IMG/VR virus record: IMGVR_UViG_3300033075_000428
Span: 1-64,000 of that record
Direction: 5' to 3' (one strand)
Source of the DNA: a virus
Taxonomy: Duplodnaviria; Caudoviricetes
DNA length: 64,000 nt
Numbering within the stretch: position 1 is the stretch's first letter; each line of letters starts with the position of its first letter. A program made the position numbers and the translations under genes. The notes below the pieces were generated by a model. The model had not been told where the DNA came from, searched no databases, and worked only from the letters and a program-made list of their open reading frames with translations. Shown in pieces: positions 43,581 to 54,673 of this stretch.

Positions 43581-44387
43581 TCAAAACTGCAAACTTTGTA
43601 TGACATCCTTGTACATCAAGCGTCTTTCATATGGGTCAGCATCAATCCACGCTAATCCCATTTGTGCCAAGTCGATATGCTGAACAATTGTCGCACCTTC
43701 ATTCTCGTTTGGCTTTGCCAAGACTAGAATCGAGTCACTAATCGCTAGTGAACTTTCAATGTCGTGGCTCACCACAATCATGGTGTTGTACTCGTTCAGC
43801 GTCGAAACTCGTCTCAGTAGTGCAATCACACGCTCCTTGACGATTGCGTCTAGACCAGAGAACGGCTCATCAAGCAGGATAAATTTGTTGCCTGTGAGTA
43901 TCTGCTGAATGATGCTTACACGTTGACGTTGTCCACCTGACAGTTGCAATGGATACTTATCCAAGTGTTCTAAGATTGAGAACTCAGTTGCGTACTGTTC
44001 GATGGTGTGTGTAATCTGTTCTTTGGTCAGCGTGACACCAGAGTTCAGAAGCGATAGCAAAAGGTTCTTTCGAACCGTTCGGTGATTGAACAAAAGGTAG
44101 TTCTGAGCAACGACACCAACTTCTCCTGCCCTGACTGGTTGTAGCTCCCGACCGACCAACACATTTCCCGAGCTTGGGGCAGTCAAGCCTGAGAGCACTT
44201 TAAACAACTGTGTTTTACCTATTCCAGAGCGTCCGAGGAGAGTGGTCACTTGTCCTTGCGCAACGTCAGGACGGGTGATGTTGCTGATTTGGAAGTTGAT
44301 GTCCTTCAAGATGGGTTTGTCGTAGTTCAGACACACATTCTCAACTTTGAAAATAGGCTCTTCTACGTTGTAGGCAATTGTGCTCAT
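43581..44387 (-). CDS. ABC transporter ATP-binding protein (NitT/TauT-like)
   Basis: Walker A GRSGIGKT, LSGGQRQR, Walker B ILLDEPFSGLD, H-loop SHD. Confidence 0.95.
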   Translation of the reverse strand: MSTIAYNVEEPIFKVENVCLNYDKPILKDINFQISNITRPDVAQGQVTTLLGRSGIGKTQLFKVLSGLTAPSSGNVLVGRELQPVRAGEVGVVAQNYLLFNHRTVRKNLLLSLLNSGVTLTKEQITHTIEQYATEFSILEHLDKYPLQLSGGQRQRVSIIQQILTGNKFILLDEPFSGLDAIVKERVIALLRRVSTLNEYNTMIVVSHDIESSLAISDSILVLAKPNENEGATIVQHIDLAQMGLAWIDADPYERRLMYKDVIQSLQF

Positions 44388-45157
44388 TTGACACCTATCT
44401 TGACGTAAGGGAACAAGAGTTCACGAAGCTTTCTCAGTGTGTAGTCAATCAACAGTCCCAACACAAAGACTACCACGAGCAATGAGAACACCGTCGAAAG
44501 GTCAAGGTACTTGTTGGACTTAATGATGAGTGAACCAAGTCCACCCTCGGACATCGACAATCCTTCAACCATTGTAATCATCATCCAAGCAATGGCGAAG
44601 TTCTGGCGTACCGTGTCAATTGCTGAGTCCAGTCTTCCAACAACAATCACTTCCCACATGGTCTTTAACGGATTCATCTTCAACGTTTTCGCCAATTCGT
44701 ACTCTTGAACGTTGATGGACGCAATTGTTGACATTAAGCTGGTGACAAAGAACGGGACAATACCAAAGATGAGCAACGAAGTCTTTAGCTGGCTACCGTC
44801 TTTCGTCAAGAGTGTGAACACAAAGACCAAGCCAGAAAGCGTCAGATAACGAAGCTTCGTTACCAGTTGAGTGACAGGTGTCAAAGCAGGGATGACTGAC
44901 ATGTAGACCAAGGCTAGTGAGATTATGATTGACAATCCCATTCCAACAGTTGTCAGATACAAGCTGGCGATGAAGTTTTCCCAGAAGACAGGAGTTGTGG
45001 CAAGGTTGGCAACTGACGTCAAAACGCGTATCGGTCCAGGGATAAGGCTATTGCCTAACAATTGCCAAAGCCCTAGACCGATGACGCATTCAACCACCAC
45101 CAGAACTGTCTTCTCTGCTCTTGAAAGGGTTTCAAGAGGAGTGAAGAATCTTTTCAT
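44384..45157 (-). CDS. ABC transporter permease (NitT/TauT-like)
   Basis: Multiple TM helices, EAA-like YELAKTLKM, EGGLG motif. Confidence 0.9.
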   Translation of the reverse strand: MKRFFTPLETLSRAEKTVLVVVECVIGLGLWQLLGNSLIPGPIRVLTSVANLATTPVFWENFIASLYLTTVGMGLSIIISLALVYMSVIPALTPVTQLVTKLRYLTLSGLVFVFTLLTKDGSQLKTSLLIFGIVPFFVTSLMSTIASINVQEYELAKTLKMNPLKTMWEVIVVGRLDSAIDTVRQNFAIAWMMITMVEGLSMSEGGLGSLIIKSNKYLDLSTVFSLLVVVFVLGLLIDYTLRKLRELLFPYVKIGVK

Positions 45158-45160
45158 TGG

Positions 45161-46930
45161 TTACTCGCCCAACACGATTTGTACTCGTCTGTTCTTCGCA
45201 CGTCCTGCTTCTGACGTGTTGTCAGCAATTGGCTGAGACTCACCGAAACCACGTGCCTCAATGCGTGTAGCAGAGATTCCCTTCCGCACAATATACGCCT
45301 TGACTGATTGTGCACGACGTTCAGAAAGGTCTTGATTCCTACCGTCATCCCCAACGTCGTCGGTGTGTCCGTAGATTCCCAGTGTCAGACCTTCAGCAAC
45401 AACAGCCGCATTCAAGATTTGGTCAATGTCGTCGTATGACGATGGGTCAATCTCTGCGCTTCCTGTTCGGAAGTTGATGTTGTAAGCTTTCGAAGACACT
45501 TCAGTGCTAATGGAAGAAGCATAGTTGACCTGAATGGTCTTGCCTTCCAATAGCTCAGGATGGTTCGACAGTACAGACAACATGAATGACTTGTCAACAA
45601 CTTTCGAGTACTCAGGATAGGTCTTCATGTACTCAGGGTACATCTTGGAATTGATGTCTCCAAATGTCTTGTACACAATCTTGTACCTGTCAAGCTTGTC
45701 ACCTGAGAGTCCAAACATCAAAGCGGCATCTGACAAGTTGAATGCCATCGAACCACCAAGGTCAACGTTGTTGCCTTGAACGTCTTTGGTCTTCACTCCG
45801 TTGTAGTACTTCAGCCAGTAGTCACCAGACTTCTCAGCATAAACTTGAGCAGAAACGTCTGCAGCAAACTTCTTCGCTGAGGTGAATGAGCGTACTTGGT
45901 CACCTGCTTGTGCTAGTGCAATGATGATACCTTCAACAGTCGAGCGATGGTCGTAAGCCCACTTCTTGATTGTGATGGTAATGTTCGGCATCTGTGAAGC
46001 ATACTGTCGAGTGGATGCAATCGTCACGAGTCCACCCTTCTTCTCTGCGACACTTACGTCACCTGGAGTCCATGTGGAAACTGCGTCAACGCCTACCGTA
46101 GTGTCCTGACTTGTCTTCTTACCGTTGACAATTAGCTTTCGCTTCTCAGTGTATCCTGTGATGTACTTGTTCGGTGCGTCCAAGAAGTCACTAGCAGCTA
46201 CAAGGTTGATAGCTTTAGCGTCAAACGAAGTTTCGTCAGGATTGACCTTGATTCCGTTGTCACCTGCCCACTTGAGCAAGATGTTCATGTCACCGTCACG
46301 CAATACGCAAGCAACAGTCTTTCCAACAGCTGACTGAGGATTGCGCTTCCACTCGGGTGGTGCCATCAATTGGTCTTCACCGTAGGACTTGCCCATTGCA
46401 TAGAATGCGATTGGCTGGTATTCTTCTCCCAAAGGTTCTAGCTCTTTCACCAGTGCTGAGAAGAACGCTGGCATACCGTCACCCATGAAGGATGCGAAGA
46501 CAGCTGGTGTCGCTGGGTTGTCTTTGTAATTGTTCGCAAAAGCAACAAGGTCTGCAATGGTCTTGTTACAATCGTCTTGACGCTGAATGCTTAAGTTGAC
46601 CCCATTCTTTTGCATGAGGGAACCTGACTTCGTCAATGCTCCACCGTTTGCGAACATCAGGGGGAACTGTGAGTTCCACGCCATAATCTTCCAAATCACT
46701 TGTGGTGCTCCACCAGCGTCTTCAGAAGATGGCAGTGGCAACTGCATCACGTTACCTGACAACGATGCTTCTGGTGCGTCTGGGAGTGCAAGTGCACCAA
46801 TGGTGACTGCGTCCTTGGCGTCTTTTGGTAGTTTGTCATACCAGAAGACTTTCCCGAGACCTAGACATGCTAGGAACAATACTGCGATGATGATTTTACC
46901 TGAGGCTTTTAGCTTGATTTTAGTAGCCAT
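45161..46930 (-). CDS. Membrane-anchored solute-binding protein fused to OmpA-like peptidoglycan-binding domain
   Basis: N-terminal TM; NMT1/PBP2-like core; INF.TGSA, GHTD, N..LSERRA, GFGESQP and NRRV OmpA motifs. Confidence 0.9.
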   Translation of the reverse strand: MATKIKLKASGKIIIAVLFLACLGLGKVFWYDKLPKDAKDAVTIGALALPDAPEASLSGNVMQLPLPSSEDAGGAPQVIWKIMAWNSQFPLMFANGGALTKSGSLMQKNGVNLSIQRQDDCNKTIADLVAFANNYKDNPATPAVFASFMGDGMPAFFSALVKELEPLGEEYQPIAFYAMGKSYGEDQLMAPPEWKRNPQSAVGKTVACVLRDGDMNILLKWAGDNGIKVNPDETSFDAKAINLVAASDFLDAPNKYITGYTEKRKLIVNGKKTSQDTTVGVDAVSTWTPGDVSVAEKKGGLVTIASTRQYASQMPNITITIKKWAYDHRSTVEGIIIALAQAGDQVRSFTSAKKFAADVSAQVYAEKSGDYWLKYYNGVKTKDVQGNNVDLGGSMAFNLSDAALMFGLSGDKLDRYKIVYKTFGDINSKMYPEYMKTYPEYSKVVDKSFMLSVLSNHPELLEGKTIQVNYASSISTEVSSKAYNINFRTGSAEIDPSSYDDIDQILNAAVVAEGLTLGIYGHTDDVGDDGRNQDLSERRAQSVKAYIVRKGISATRIEARGFGESQPIADNTSEAGRAKNRRVQIVLGE

Positions 46931-46978
46931 GGCCTTTCCTTATTGAAAAATTGAACAGTGGTGGTTGTGGGTGTTTTC

Positions 46979-47953
46979 TTATGACAGAAGGTTGTCGTAC
47001 TTGGACGTGTCGACTTGGCCAAGTCCTGGGAACTGCTGAGCCGTTTGTCCAGTAATAGAGACCAAGTTCGACTCCTTGAGCATTTCAAGACCTTTCAACT
47101 CATACGTAGCGTTTTCAAGGTCGATGTTACGCATGAACTCAGACGTTACTTCCATTGCTTGACGCATATCTCCAAGCTTATTCGCAATGTCATCTTTCAA
47201 GAATTCCATTGACTGCTCAGCAAGGAGCTTCTTCTCAGGGTCACCAGTGAAGAACTTCAGTGCACTGTTCACAGCATTCCTACCAGCAGTGACTGAATTG
47301 TACATGTCCTTCTTGTTTTGCAACTCCGCTTGCGCGTCTTCAATGACATACTTTGAGTTGCTGTAGATGTTTTCCAAGTATGTTGTCAACCGCTCGAGTA
47401 CAGTACGAAGCGGAGTTAACTTGTCAATGTACTCTTGGTCACGAGCTATTTGACGAGAGATGACGTTAAACTCCTGTGACATGCCATTCTTTTGTGCCGC
47501 AACGAGCTTTTCTTTGTTCTTCTTGATATTGTCGAAACGCTCTTGTATGTTCGTCACAATCTTCTGAAGCTGACCTGCAAGAATCTTCAGTTGTTTGAAT
47601 ACTTCATCACGCTGGTGTAGCATGTCTTTGATGAAGTCTTCAGCAATGATGAATGGGTCAAGCTCAATGACCATACCGACGAGCTTCTTCATCAGAATCT
47701 CGTACATGTAGAACACTGACAATCGAAGCTTCCGATTCGACAGTGCCATATACAGCAAGACACAAGCAGTGCCAGCTATCATGACGTTGAGTGTTGTCCA
47801 AGCGATTACTGCCAGAATTGGCATAACGAACCATCCGACGAGGCCTAACAGCACAATCCCAATGACTGTGCCAATCTTCCCTCCTGGTCTGTTCCAGTAA
47901 CTCTTCAGCTTTGTTTCTGCTGAAGAAGTCATTGGTACAATTGAACCTTGCAT
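46979..47953 (-). CDS. Membrane-anchored coiled-coil protein (PspA/IM30-like)
   Basis: Two TM helices, IELDP motif, then long coiled coil. Confidence 0.65.
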   Translation of the reverse strand: MQGSIVPMTSSAETKLKSYWNRPGGKIGTVIGIVLLGLVGWFVMPILAVIAWTTLNVMIAGTACVLLYMALSNRKLRLSVFYMYEILMKKLVGMVIELDPFIIAEDFIKDMLHQRDEVFKQLKILAGQLQKIVTNIQERFDNIKKNKEKLVAAQKNGMSQEFNVISRQIARDQEYIDKLTPLRTVLERLTTYLENIYSNSKYVIEDAQAELQNKKDMYNSVTAGRNAVNSALKFFTGDPEKKLLAEQSMEFLKDDIANKLGDMRQAMEVTSEFMRNIDLENATYELKGLEMLKESNLVSITGQTAQQFPGLGQVDTSKYDNLLS

Positions 47954-47998
47954 CTTTGTTCTTTCCGTAAAATAGTGGTGGTTGGTGGTTTCTTCTGG

Positions 47999-48685
47999 TT
48001 ACAAGTACTGAGTTATCAGGTTAACGTCAGATTCAATTCTGCTCAACGTCATGGAGCAGACTGAACGGTAGGCGTTTTCAAACTGAACAATGTTGTCCTC
48101 AGCAGTCTTGATTTCTTGGGCGAGTGTTACGTTTGCTGTGCGTAGCTGTTCGTTCTGTGCTGTGAGTTCAGCAATCAACTTCGTGTTGGTTTCAATCTGC
48201 TCGGTGTTGGTAGTGATTTGAGTCTTGCGATTCTGGATATCACCCGACATCTTCGTGTCAAGGACATTTTTGAAGTTGTTGCTGTCTGTCTTAATCATCT
48301 CAACATAGTGTTGAGCGCTTGACAATAGCAATTCCTTGGTCACACCTTGCACAGCGAGTGCAGAGAACACTGCTTTGACTCGGTCACTGTCCTTTGGAAT
48401 CACTGACAATGAGTCACTCATTTTCATGAACTCAAAGTAATCAGGTCCAGGGAGATTTGCGGTCTCCATCAATGAGTTAAAGTGCTGTGTGTACTTGTCT
48501 GCGTTCTCTTTCGACACGTTCACATAATTCTGCTGGGTGAACGTTGGTTGCTGTACCTGTTGCTTAGAAGCTAATCCATCCATAAATGGATTCGACGCAA
48601 CGGGTGTTGACTGTGGTGCTTGTGGAAGCGGTTGGTCTTTTTCAATGTCGACGAACGTTCCAATTACCTTGTCAAAGATGCTCAT
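47999..48685 (-). CDS. Coiled-coil protein heading the ABC/OmpA module (start MSIFDKV)
   Basis: NLPGPDYFEF motif, C-terminal coiled coil, AGGA SD. Confidence 0.7.
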   Translation of the reverse strand: MSIFDKVIGTFVDIEKDQPLPQAPQSTPVASNPFMDGLASKQQVQQPTFTQQNYVNVSKENADKYTQHFNSLMETANLPGPDYFEFMKMSDSLSVIPKDSDRVKAVFSALAVQGVTKELLLSSAQHYVEMIKTDSNNFKNVLDTKMSGDIQNRKTQITTNTEQIETNTKLIAELTAQNEQLRTANVTLAQEIKTAEDNIVQFENAYRSVCSMTLSRIESDVNLITQYL

Positions 48686-48695
48686 TGATTTCCTG

Positions 48696-49578
48696 TTAGA
48701 TTGTTTCCCATAAGTGCGAATCCCTGTCAAGTTCTCCTGGGTGAATTTGATGCCCAGTAAGCTCACGTTCAATTCTGGTTTGACGACAGTACCCACAAGT
48801 GCGAGTACGCTCAATGTACTCTTTTCGGTCAGGGATAACGTATCGAATGACGATTGTTTCTCCCTTGCAACGATTGTTCTTCACCCACAACTTTGCGCTT
48901 TCTGCTGTGTCAGTGAGTACTCGTAACACAAGACGACTTTTTGGTGCTGACGGCAAGTGATACATCACTTCAAAAGTAGACAGTGCCATTTCATTTCCCC
49001 AGTATCGCATCTTCAATGATTTGACGACGAGTGTTCGCGCGGAAGTGATTTGTATCCCAGTCAACGTTCTTTCCGTTAATCACCACTACGTATGGTCGAT
49101 ACGGAGCTTCCTTGTCATTTGTCTCACCACAGGGAGCGATGCTGCACACTGGCTTTGGAATAGTGTCGTTGACATAAGCAATTGTCTCTTCAATCGTCTT
49201 AGCAATCTCAAGGACAATCGGTGCATGGGTGCTTACCATAGCAAGCTTCCCTAATGTGTCTTTCAACTTCCTCAACTGTTTTTGCTTCCGTGTCACAAGT
49301 CACCTTCAAAGAATTGGGTCTCAGCCCATGTGTTCACAGAGCACACCGCTCTACACACAGGAACGACGAACCCATTGGGATACTTGCTAGTCCAATGACA
49401 GCAATTCGTTACAGTAGAAGTAGGATTTGGTTTTAGGACAAAACCAAAGTGACCTTGCATTGGTCATGTTGATACGGTCACCGTAGATGTTTTCCTTCCA
49501 CACCAAACCAAGACGTTTGACATGGCTGACACTAGTGACGTTGATGAACCCGTAATAAATACGCTGGAGGAAGTTCAT
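48696..49578 (-). other. Small hypothetical CDS (48696-49064, 48991-49296, 49387-49578)
   Basis: Coupled ORFs. Confidence 0.55.
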
Positions 49579-49994
49579 TTAGATTTGAGGCTATCAGACA
49601 CCTTGACGGTGATGCCTGTTTCTGGTGCGACACGTTGGAAGAATCCGTTTGATACTTCATCATGTGCACGTACCACAATGTGTGACGATGGTACTTTCAA
49701 CGTTGTAATCATCTTGTTGAGGAGTCTTCTCGCCAAACCCTTACGACGATAGTCAGCCCTTGTGTAGAAGTCAGCGAGAAACTTGTTGTCGCTAATTGGA
49801 ACAGTAATACTCCAAGAGAGCACCACGTTATTCGCTTCAATCCACCATACACGAGAGTGATAGTCCTCGTGCAGAAGCGTGTCAAGCATATTACCACGTG
49901 TCCTGAAATTCAACCGCTCCATCTGTTCGAATACATACGGTGGAATGTTACGACCAACTCGTGTGTAGAGCTTACTGTCCTTTGGTACTTTCAT
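49575..49994 (-). CDS. GNAT-family acetyltransferase
   Basis: FYTRADYRRKGLARRLL acetyl-CoA-binding motif A; NGFF. Confidence 0.8.
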   Translation of the reverse strand: MKVPKDSKLYTRVGRNIPPYVFEQMERLNFRTRGNMLDTLLHEDYHSRVWWIEANNVVLSWSITVPISDNKFLADFYTRADYRRKGLARRLLNKMITTLKVPSSHIVVRAHDEVSNGFFQRVAPETGITVKVSDSLKSK

Positions 49995-50282
49995 GCTCTT
50001 AGACTCTCACGAAGTGGTGTGCTGAATAGCCTCTGAGTTGATTTAGCGAGTTGAATAGCTTCTTCACGGGTTAGAACAAAGACTTCAGTCTTTGAGTTCT
50101 TCTCACCAGAGAAGAATCCGTCAACATAGCTTCCGTCCCACAATCGAGTGAATCTCCTGTCACTGTCAAAGAGAAATGAACAAGGATTCTCACGACGGTC
50201 ATGATGTGTCAATACGTCAGTGAAGTACGTTTCAGGAGCTAGTTTAGCGATTGTAGTCCTCTTGTTCGCGGAAGCAATCTTC

Positions 50283-51221
50283 TCATACGTCAGATGGTTG
50301 CGCATCGTCTTGCTCCGTTGGTTTCTGGAATGCTTCCTCAGGAATCTCGAGCTTCTTCTCTTTCAGGATTCTCAGGTAATCAATGTCACCTTCTCCTGGC
50401 TTCTCAATGCGATAGGAACACTCAGCTAGTGCCATGTCAGTTATCCACCAGTCACCTTTTGTGTCTTGAAGAAAGTCAATTGACCACTTTCCTCGGAAGT
50501 GTCCAGCAACGTAAAGTGCTTGAAGATAAATCTCGTCAGCGTCAGACTGGGTGATTGTCTGTAGCTCAATGAGCTTATCTCTAAGGTCTGGGGGCAATTG
50601 AACGAACACATTATTGCGATAGTTCTCTCGCTTGAATGCTTCGGTTGGCCAATACGGGTGTCCTGACTCGACGTGACCCTCTTCAACGAATACACGAACT
50701 TCTTTCGTGATTGGCATACTGTTGAACGCATGAAACATTGGAGCAGTTGGAATGAGCTTCCGAACAGCAAAGACCGAGTGTGGTAATCCGTTTGGCATTG
50801 CTACAATAGAGCTGAACTCAAGCATCTTATACAGTCTGCTATACATCTGTTCTTTGGTCTGCTTCTCAGCAATGTAACACGTGTCAACCCAGTCATGCTT
50901 GCAAGACAATGACTCAGTGCGCAAGAAGCAAGGATAACCGATGGAGTCCATTGCTCTGGTTAGGTCATCTACAAATCGCTCTGTGTGCTCATCTTGAATA
51001 CCCTCGAGGAGCACAATTGCTAGTTCTGGCATTTGCACAAAGTGTGTCTCTGGCACTCTCATTCCAATTTGGTCAAGAATAGGGAACCAGAAGGTCATTG
51101 AGTTCATGCGGTCATTGTATCGTCCACGACTTACAATGCGAGGCATCACTGCGTCCAAGTCAGAAGACTCAACCTTGTGCATGAATGATGTTAGCTGATG
51201 GGTTTCGAGGAGTTCTTGCAT
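50283..51221 (-). CDS. ATP-grasp-fold protein (R2K-like)
   Basis: RVPET, PCFLRT..SCKHDW, KEVRVFV and WSIDF...WWITDM motifs. Confidence 0.6.
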   Translation of the reverse strand: MQELLETHQLTSFMHKVESSDLDAVMPRIVSRGRYNDRMNSMTFWFPILDQIGMRVPETHFVQMPELAIVLLEGIQDEHTERFVDDLTRAMDSIGYPCFLRTESLSCKHDWVDTCYIAEKQTKEQMYSRLYKMLEFSSIVAMPNGLPHSVFAVRKLIPTAPMFHAFNSMPITKEVRVFVEEGHVESGHPYWPTEAFKRENYRNNVFVQLPPDLRDKLIELQTITQSDADEIYLQALYVAGHFRGKWSIDFLQDTKGDWWITDMALAECSYRIEKPGEGDIDYLRILKEKKLEIPEEAFQKPTEQDDAQPSDV

Positions 51222-51374
51222 TGTGTTAATCTTGCGAGTTGGTTGGTGATTTTTCTTTCAGTGACTTCAGTTGCTCTTCAAGAACTATCTCAGTAGATTG
51301 ACACCCAGAAAGGTATCCGATAATGTAGATGACTGGGGTATACACAAAAGCTATCACCAACATAAGCCATGGAT

Positions 51375-53094
51375 TCATTGTAGTGACTCCTGTTTCTTGC
51401 CTTGACGATACTCCTCAAGTGCTGTGCGAATCATCGTCTCCAAGTCTTCGATGGACTCTGCACGTTTCCTGTTTTTGTTTGCCTTTGACGCGCAGTAGTC
51501 ATCGGTACAAGTTATCGGGTAACTTGCGGAGCAACGAACGCAAGGTGACTGCTTGACAACGAGGTTGTAGAAGTAAGTTGGATTTTGTGCCAGTGCTTTG
51601 TCAATATGAATCATATCGATAAGAACATCTAATTCACACCGATATGTTGCAGAGCGTAAATCACTCACTTTGGTGCCAAGATGCTGAACGCTAAAATTAC
51701 GTTGGCTCTGTACTACTGCAGTAGCAAATAGCTGTTCTCCTCTCAGTTCAACGTAAATCGTATAGTTAGACTTGATACCCTCAACAAAGATGTCGAGTGC
51801 ATCTTCCCCAACCTTGTTGATTGTCCATGGAAGCCAGATGGTTAGCATCTTGCTTGGATTGTCCTGCATGTTATCCATTGGGATGCCTTATCATGTATGG
51901 CTCACGATAGTTTCTCTTCATCAACTCAACACCGTGGTCTTCATGCACAGCGTAGAGTTCAACTTCAGAGTTGTATTCAGCAGACTTCCACCACTCTTCA
52001 AAGGTGCGGAATGCAGATTCCACGTCATCCGTGAAGAACAATTTCTTGATTTCTTCCGAAACTGGATAGAAAGCAACTCCCTGAACATACACCCCACATG
52101 TGCCATACTTGACAGCAAAGGATTTTGCATGTAGAATCAACTCTTCAAAGCGTGTTGTTGTCATTTGTATCTCAGGACAAAGTAGGGCGGATTATTGATA
52201 TCGACAATCGTCCTGAGTTCATTCTCGATTGTTTCTTCATATGCAAATCCACGAAGCTCTAGATGGTAGATATTATTCTCTGCTTCGTGGTGTGTGCGCC
52301 AACGTGAGAAGATAGCGTCACCAATCTTTGACATTCTTATTCTTGCCCCACCAGTCTTAGCGCAAGCTTCAAGACTGTAGATGTCAAGTGTTCCAATCAC
52401 AAGTGTCTCGCCATCGTCAAGATTTGGTAACACAACAGGAATTCTAGAAGTGAACTTGTTTGTCTTTCTAACATAGTCGACAAACAATGTAGCCAACTCT
52501 TGGTTAGAAAAGAGGTCTACATTTAGGTCAACACATTCAAGCCAATCACCTAACGTAGCATGCCACCAGAACTTTCGGTCGGCATAGTTGAGGCGAGATA
52601 TAGAATCTAACGTACAGTCAATCAGGGTGTTTTCATGATACAGAAGATTGGCACTGCGCTTCACTTCACCAATTGTTACTGGAATTCCAATTCTGGTTCT
52701 ATTTGTCTTGTTAACAAGACCATTAGGAGAAGCTTGTAACGTCATCTCAATTTCTACACTTTGCCCACCGATTGGAGTTGCTCCAAGAGGCAATGGTAAG
52801 TTCTTGAGTTCTAGTTCTGAGTGCATGTTGTCAGTCTTTCCAAGTGATGTAAATCATGCCAAAAATGAGATACAGGATGATGGACTTGCGACTCTGTGAG
52901 TACTCAACGGAGAGTGCATAGTCTGTTCCACCACCAAAGCGGCCAAACTCATTGATGAACGTCTCACTACCATAGCCACGAACCAGTCCCCAGCCAAACC
53001 GCTTTGGTGCGTCTGGTGAACGTTTCATCGCTTCAGTGTAGACTGTATCACAACGTTGCCATGGCCAGCGTTCAAACTCGATTCTTATCATCAT
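51375..53094 (-). other. Hypothetical CDS run (51375-51878, 51871-52164, 52161-52826, 52831-53094)
   Basis: Coupled ORFs. Confidence 0.6.
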
Positions 53095-53114
53095 TTCCTC
53101 AATGTATCGTGAGT

Positions 53115-53191
53115 TGGTACTCCCTACTGGACTCGAACCAGTGACCTACAGCTTAGAAGGCTGTTGCTCTATCCAACTGAGCTAAGGGAGC
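53115..53191 (-). tRNA. trnR: tRNA-Arg(UCU)
   Basis: GCTCCCT/AGGGAGT acceptor + ACCA, ACAGC-CTTCTAA-GCTGT anticodon arm, GTTCGAGTC T loop. Confidence 0.95.
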
Positions 53192-53198
53192 AGAAGTG

Positions 53199-53660
53199 TT
53201 ATTTACGAAGTGCCAAGACTTCAGGACTCGTTGCCAGCCAATCTTTCTTCAACTGAACCAGTGTTTCCAATCGCTTTTCTTTTTGTTCAAGCTTGTAACA
53301 GATGTTGTCCATCCTGTTTACATCGTAATATCCATTGCAGTCTACTGCGTCCTCACACTCTAATGCTTCTTTGCAGAGTCCAGAGACTTCCCGCTTCAAG
53401 ACATTAATCTCACAAGAGATATCATCCACAGAAGAGAAGAGGAAATATTCAATGTAGTCACCTAGTGTTGAGTTCTCATTATCGAGTCTTATGGTCTCTT
53501 CCATGAATAAGTCATCGACAGAAGAAATACCAATGGTTTCGTAGCGTCCCTCAAGAACTTTCTCATTCTCCTTGATTAAGTTGAGAGCGTGTTCTCGAGA
53601 CATTCCAACACAGTTGTAGAACTTTGCGCTCATGACACGAAGTCTTTCAAAGATTATCAA
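53199..53660 (-). CDS. Hypothetical protein
   Basis: ORF (start probably MSAKFYN). Confidence 0.6.
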   Translation of the reverse strand: MIIFERLRVMSAKFYNCVGMSREHALNLIKENEKVLEGRYETIGISSVDDLFMEETIRLDNENSTLGDYIEYFLFSSVDDISCEINVLKREVSGLCKEALECEDAVDCNGYYDVNRMDNICYKLEQKEKRLETLVQLKKDWLATSPEVLALRK

Positions 53661-54673
53661 ACACGGAAATACATTGCGAAGGTCATGAAGGTTATCGTCT
53701 TGGAACCGTTGAATATCGGTTTCGTTGCTGAAGACGTGCGAATCTCTCCACGAACACCAAACATCTTTGACAATGCATAATCAAGGTTCACTGAGAAGTT
53801 GTCACAAACAAACTCTTCGTTGTTCATCGACTTGAACACAACTTGGTCTATGTCGTTGATGTTCTCCCAGCGTCCCGTAACAGCAAACTCTTTCGACAAC
53901 TTGTACTGTGCCTGCATTCCAAGATAGTGCATCGGTCTCTTGTTCCGCTCGAATGCAGCGTTGGCAATAACAGCAAGTGTCGTTCGACTGTTCTTGTATT
54001 CAGCCCAGACGTCATGATATGAACGGACGGAACTTCCTGTGTCCAAGTCATTGCCTGTCAGCGTATTGTAGTTCACCTTGAACGCTGAATCAGCTTGCCA
54101 ACACAATGCAGTCCCAATCGAATTATCCTTGTTATTGTCGATGATTCTCTGCCAACCTTGAACGAGTAGAACAGCCGCTGTGACGTTTTGAAAGGCATAT
54201 TGCACCTTCAAACCATTTTCGTAGTACAGGGTAGCGTCGGCCAACATCGTTTGTGTGACAACAAGGTTGTTGATGCCAATCGTGTTACAGTATCCTGTAT
54301 GTGCTGGCATGATACCCGCTGTTATCTCCAACTCTTGGGCTTTGAACTGAAGATTCAGTTCTTGTAGGAAACGCACATTGTAATCAGCACCTGAGTAGTT
54401 GGCTTCCGTGTACTTCCCAGTTTGGAGTGCAACGTGTGCAGACAGAGACTTGTACGTAGCAACTGAAGAGACGCAAGCCAAGTCAATGTGTACTTGGTTG
54501 TTCACTGATGGTTGCATTGAGTACGGTATCGTGGTAAGTGAGTTGTCGAAGCGTGTTGAATACATGGCGTCGACATATCCATTCACTGTGACAACGATGC
54601 CTGTGTCTTGATTTTCAAACACTGCACCATGACATAGTCGTGTGGCACAGAAGAACACTACTAGTAACTTCAT
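53657..54673 (-). CDS. Outer-membrane beta-barrel porin-like protein
   Basis: Signal peptide; GYVDAMY, ALQTG.Y..ANY, AGIMPAH.GY, YYENG and GWQRI motifs; amphipathic C-terminal strand. Confidence 0.8.
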   Translation of the reverse strand: MKLLVVFFCATRLCHGAVFENQDTGIVVTVNGYVDAMYSTRFDNSLTTIPYSMQPSVNNQVHIDLACVSSVATYKSLSAHVALQTGKYTEANYSGADYNVRFLQELNLQFKAQELEITAGIMPAHTGYCNTIGINNLVVTQTMLADATLYYENGLKVQYAFQNVTAAVLLVQGWQRIIDNNKDNSIGTALCWQADSAFKVNYNTLTGNDLDTGSSVRSYHDVWAEYKNSRTTLAVIANAAFERNKRPMHYLGMQAQYKLSKEFAVTGRWENINDIDQVVFKSMNNEEFVCDNFSVNLDYALSKMFGVRGEIRTSSATKPIFNGSKTITFMTFAMYFRV

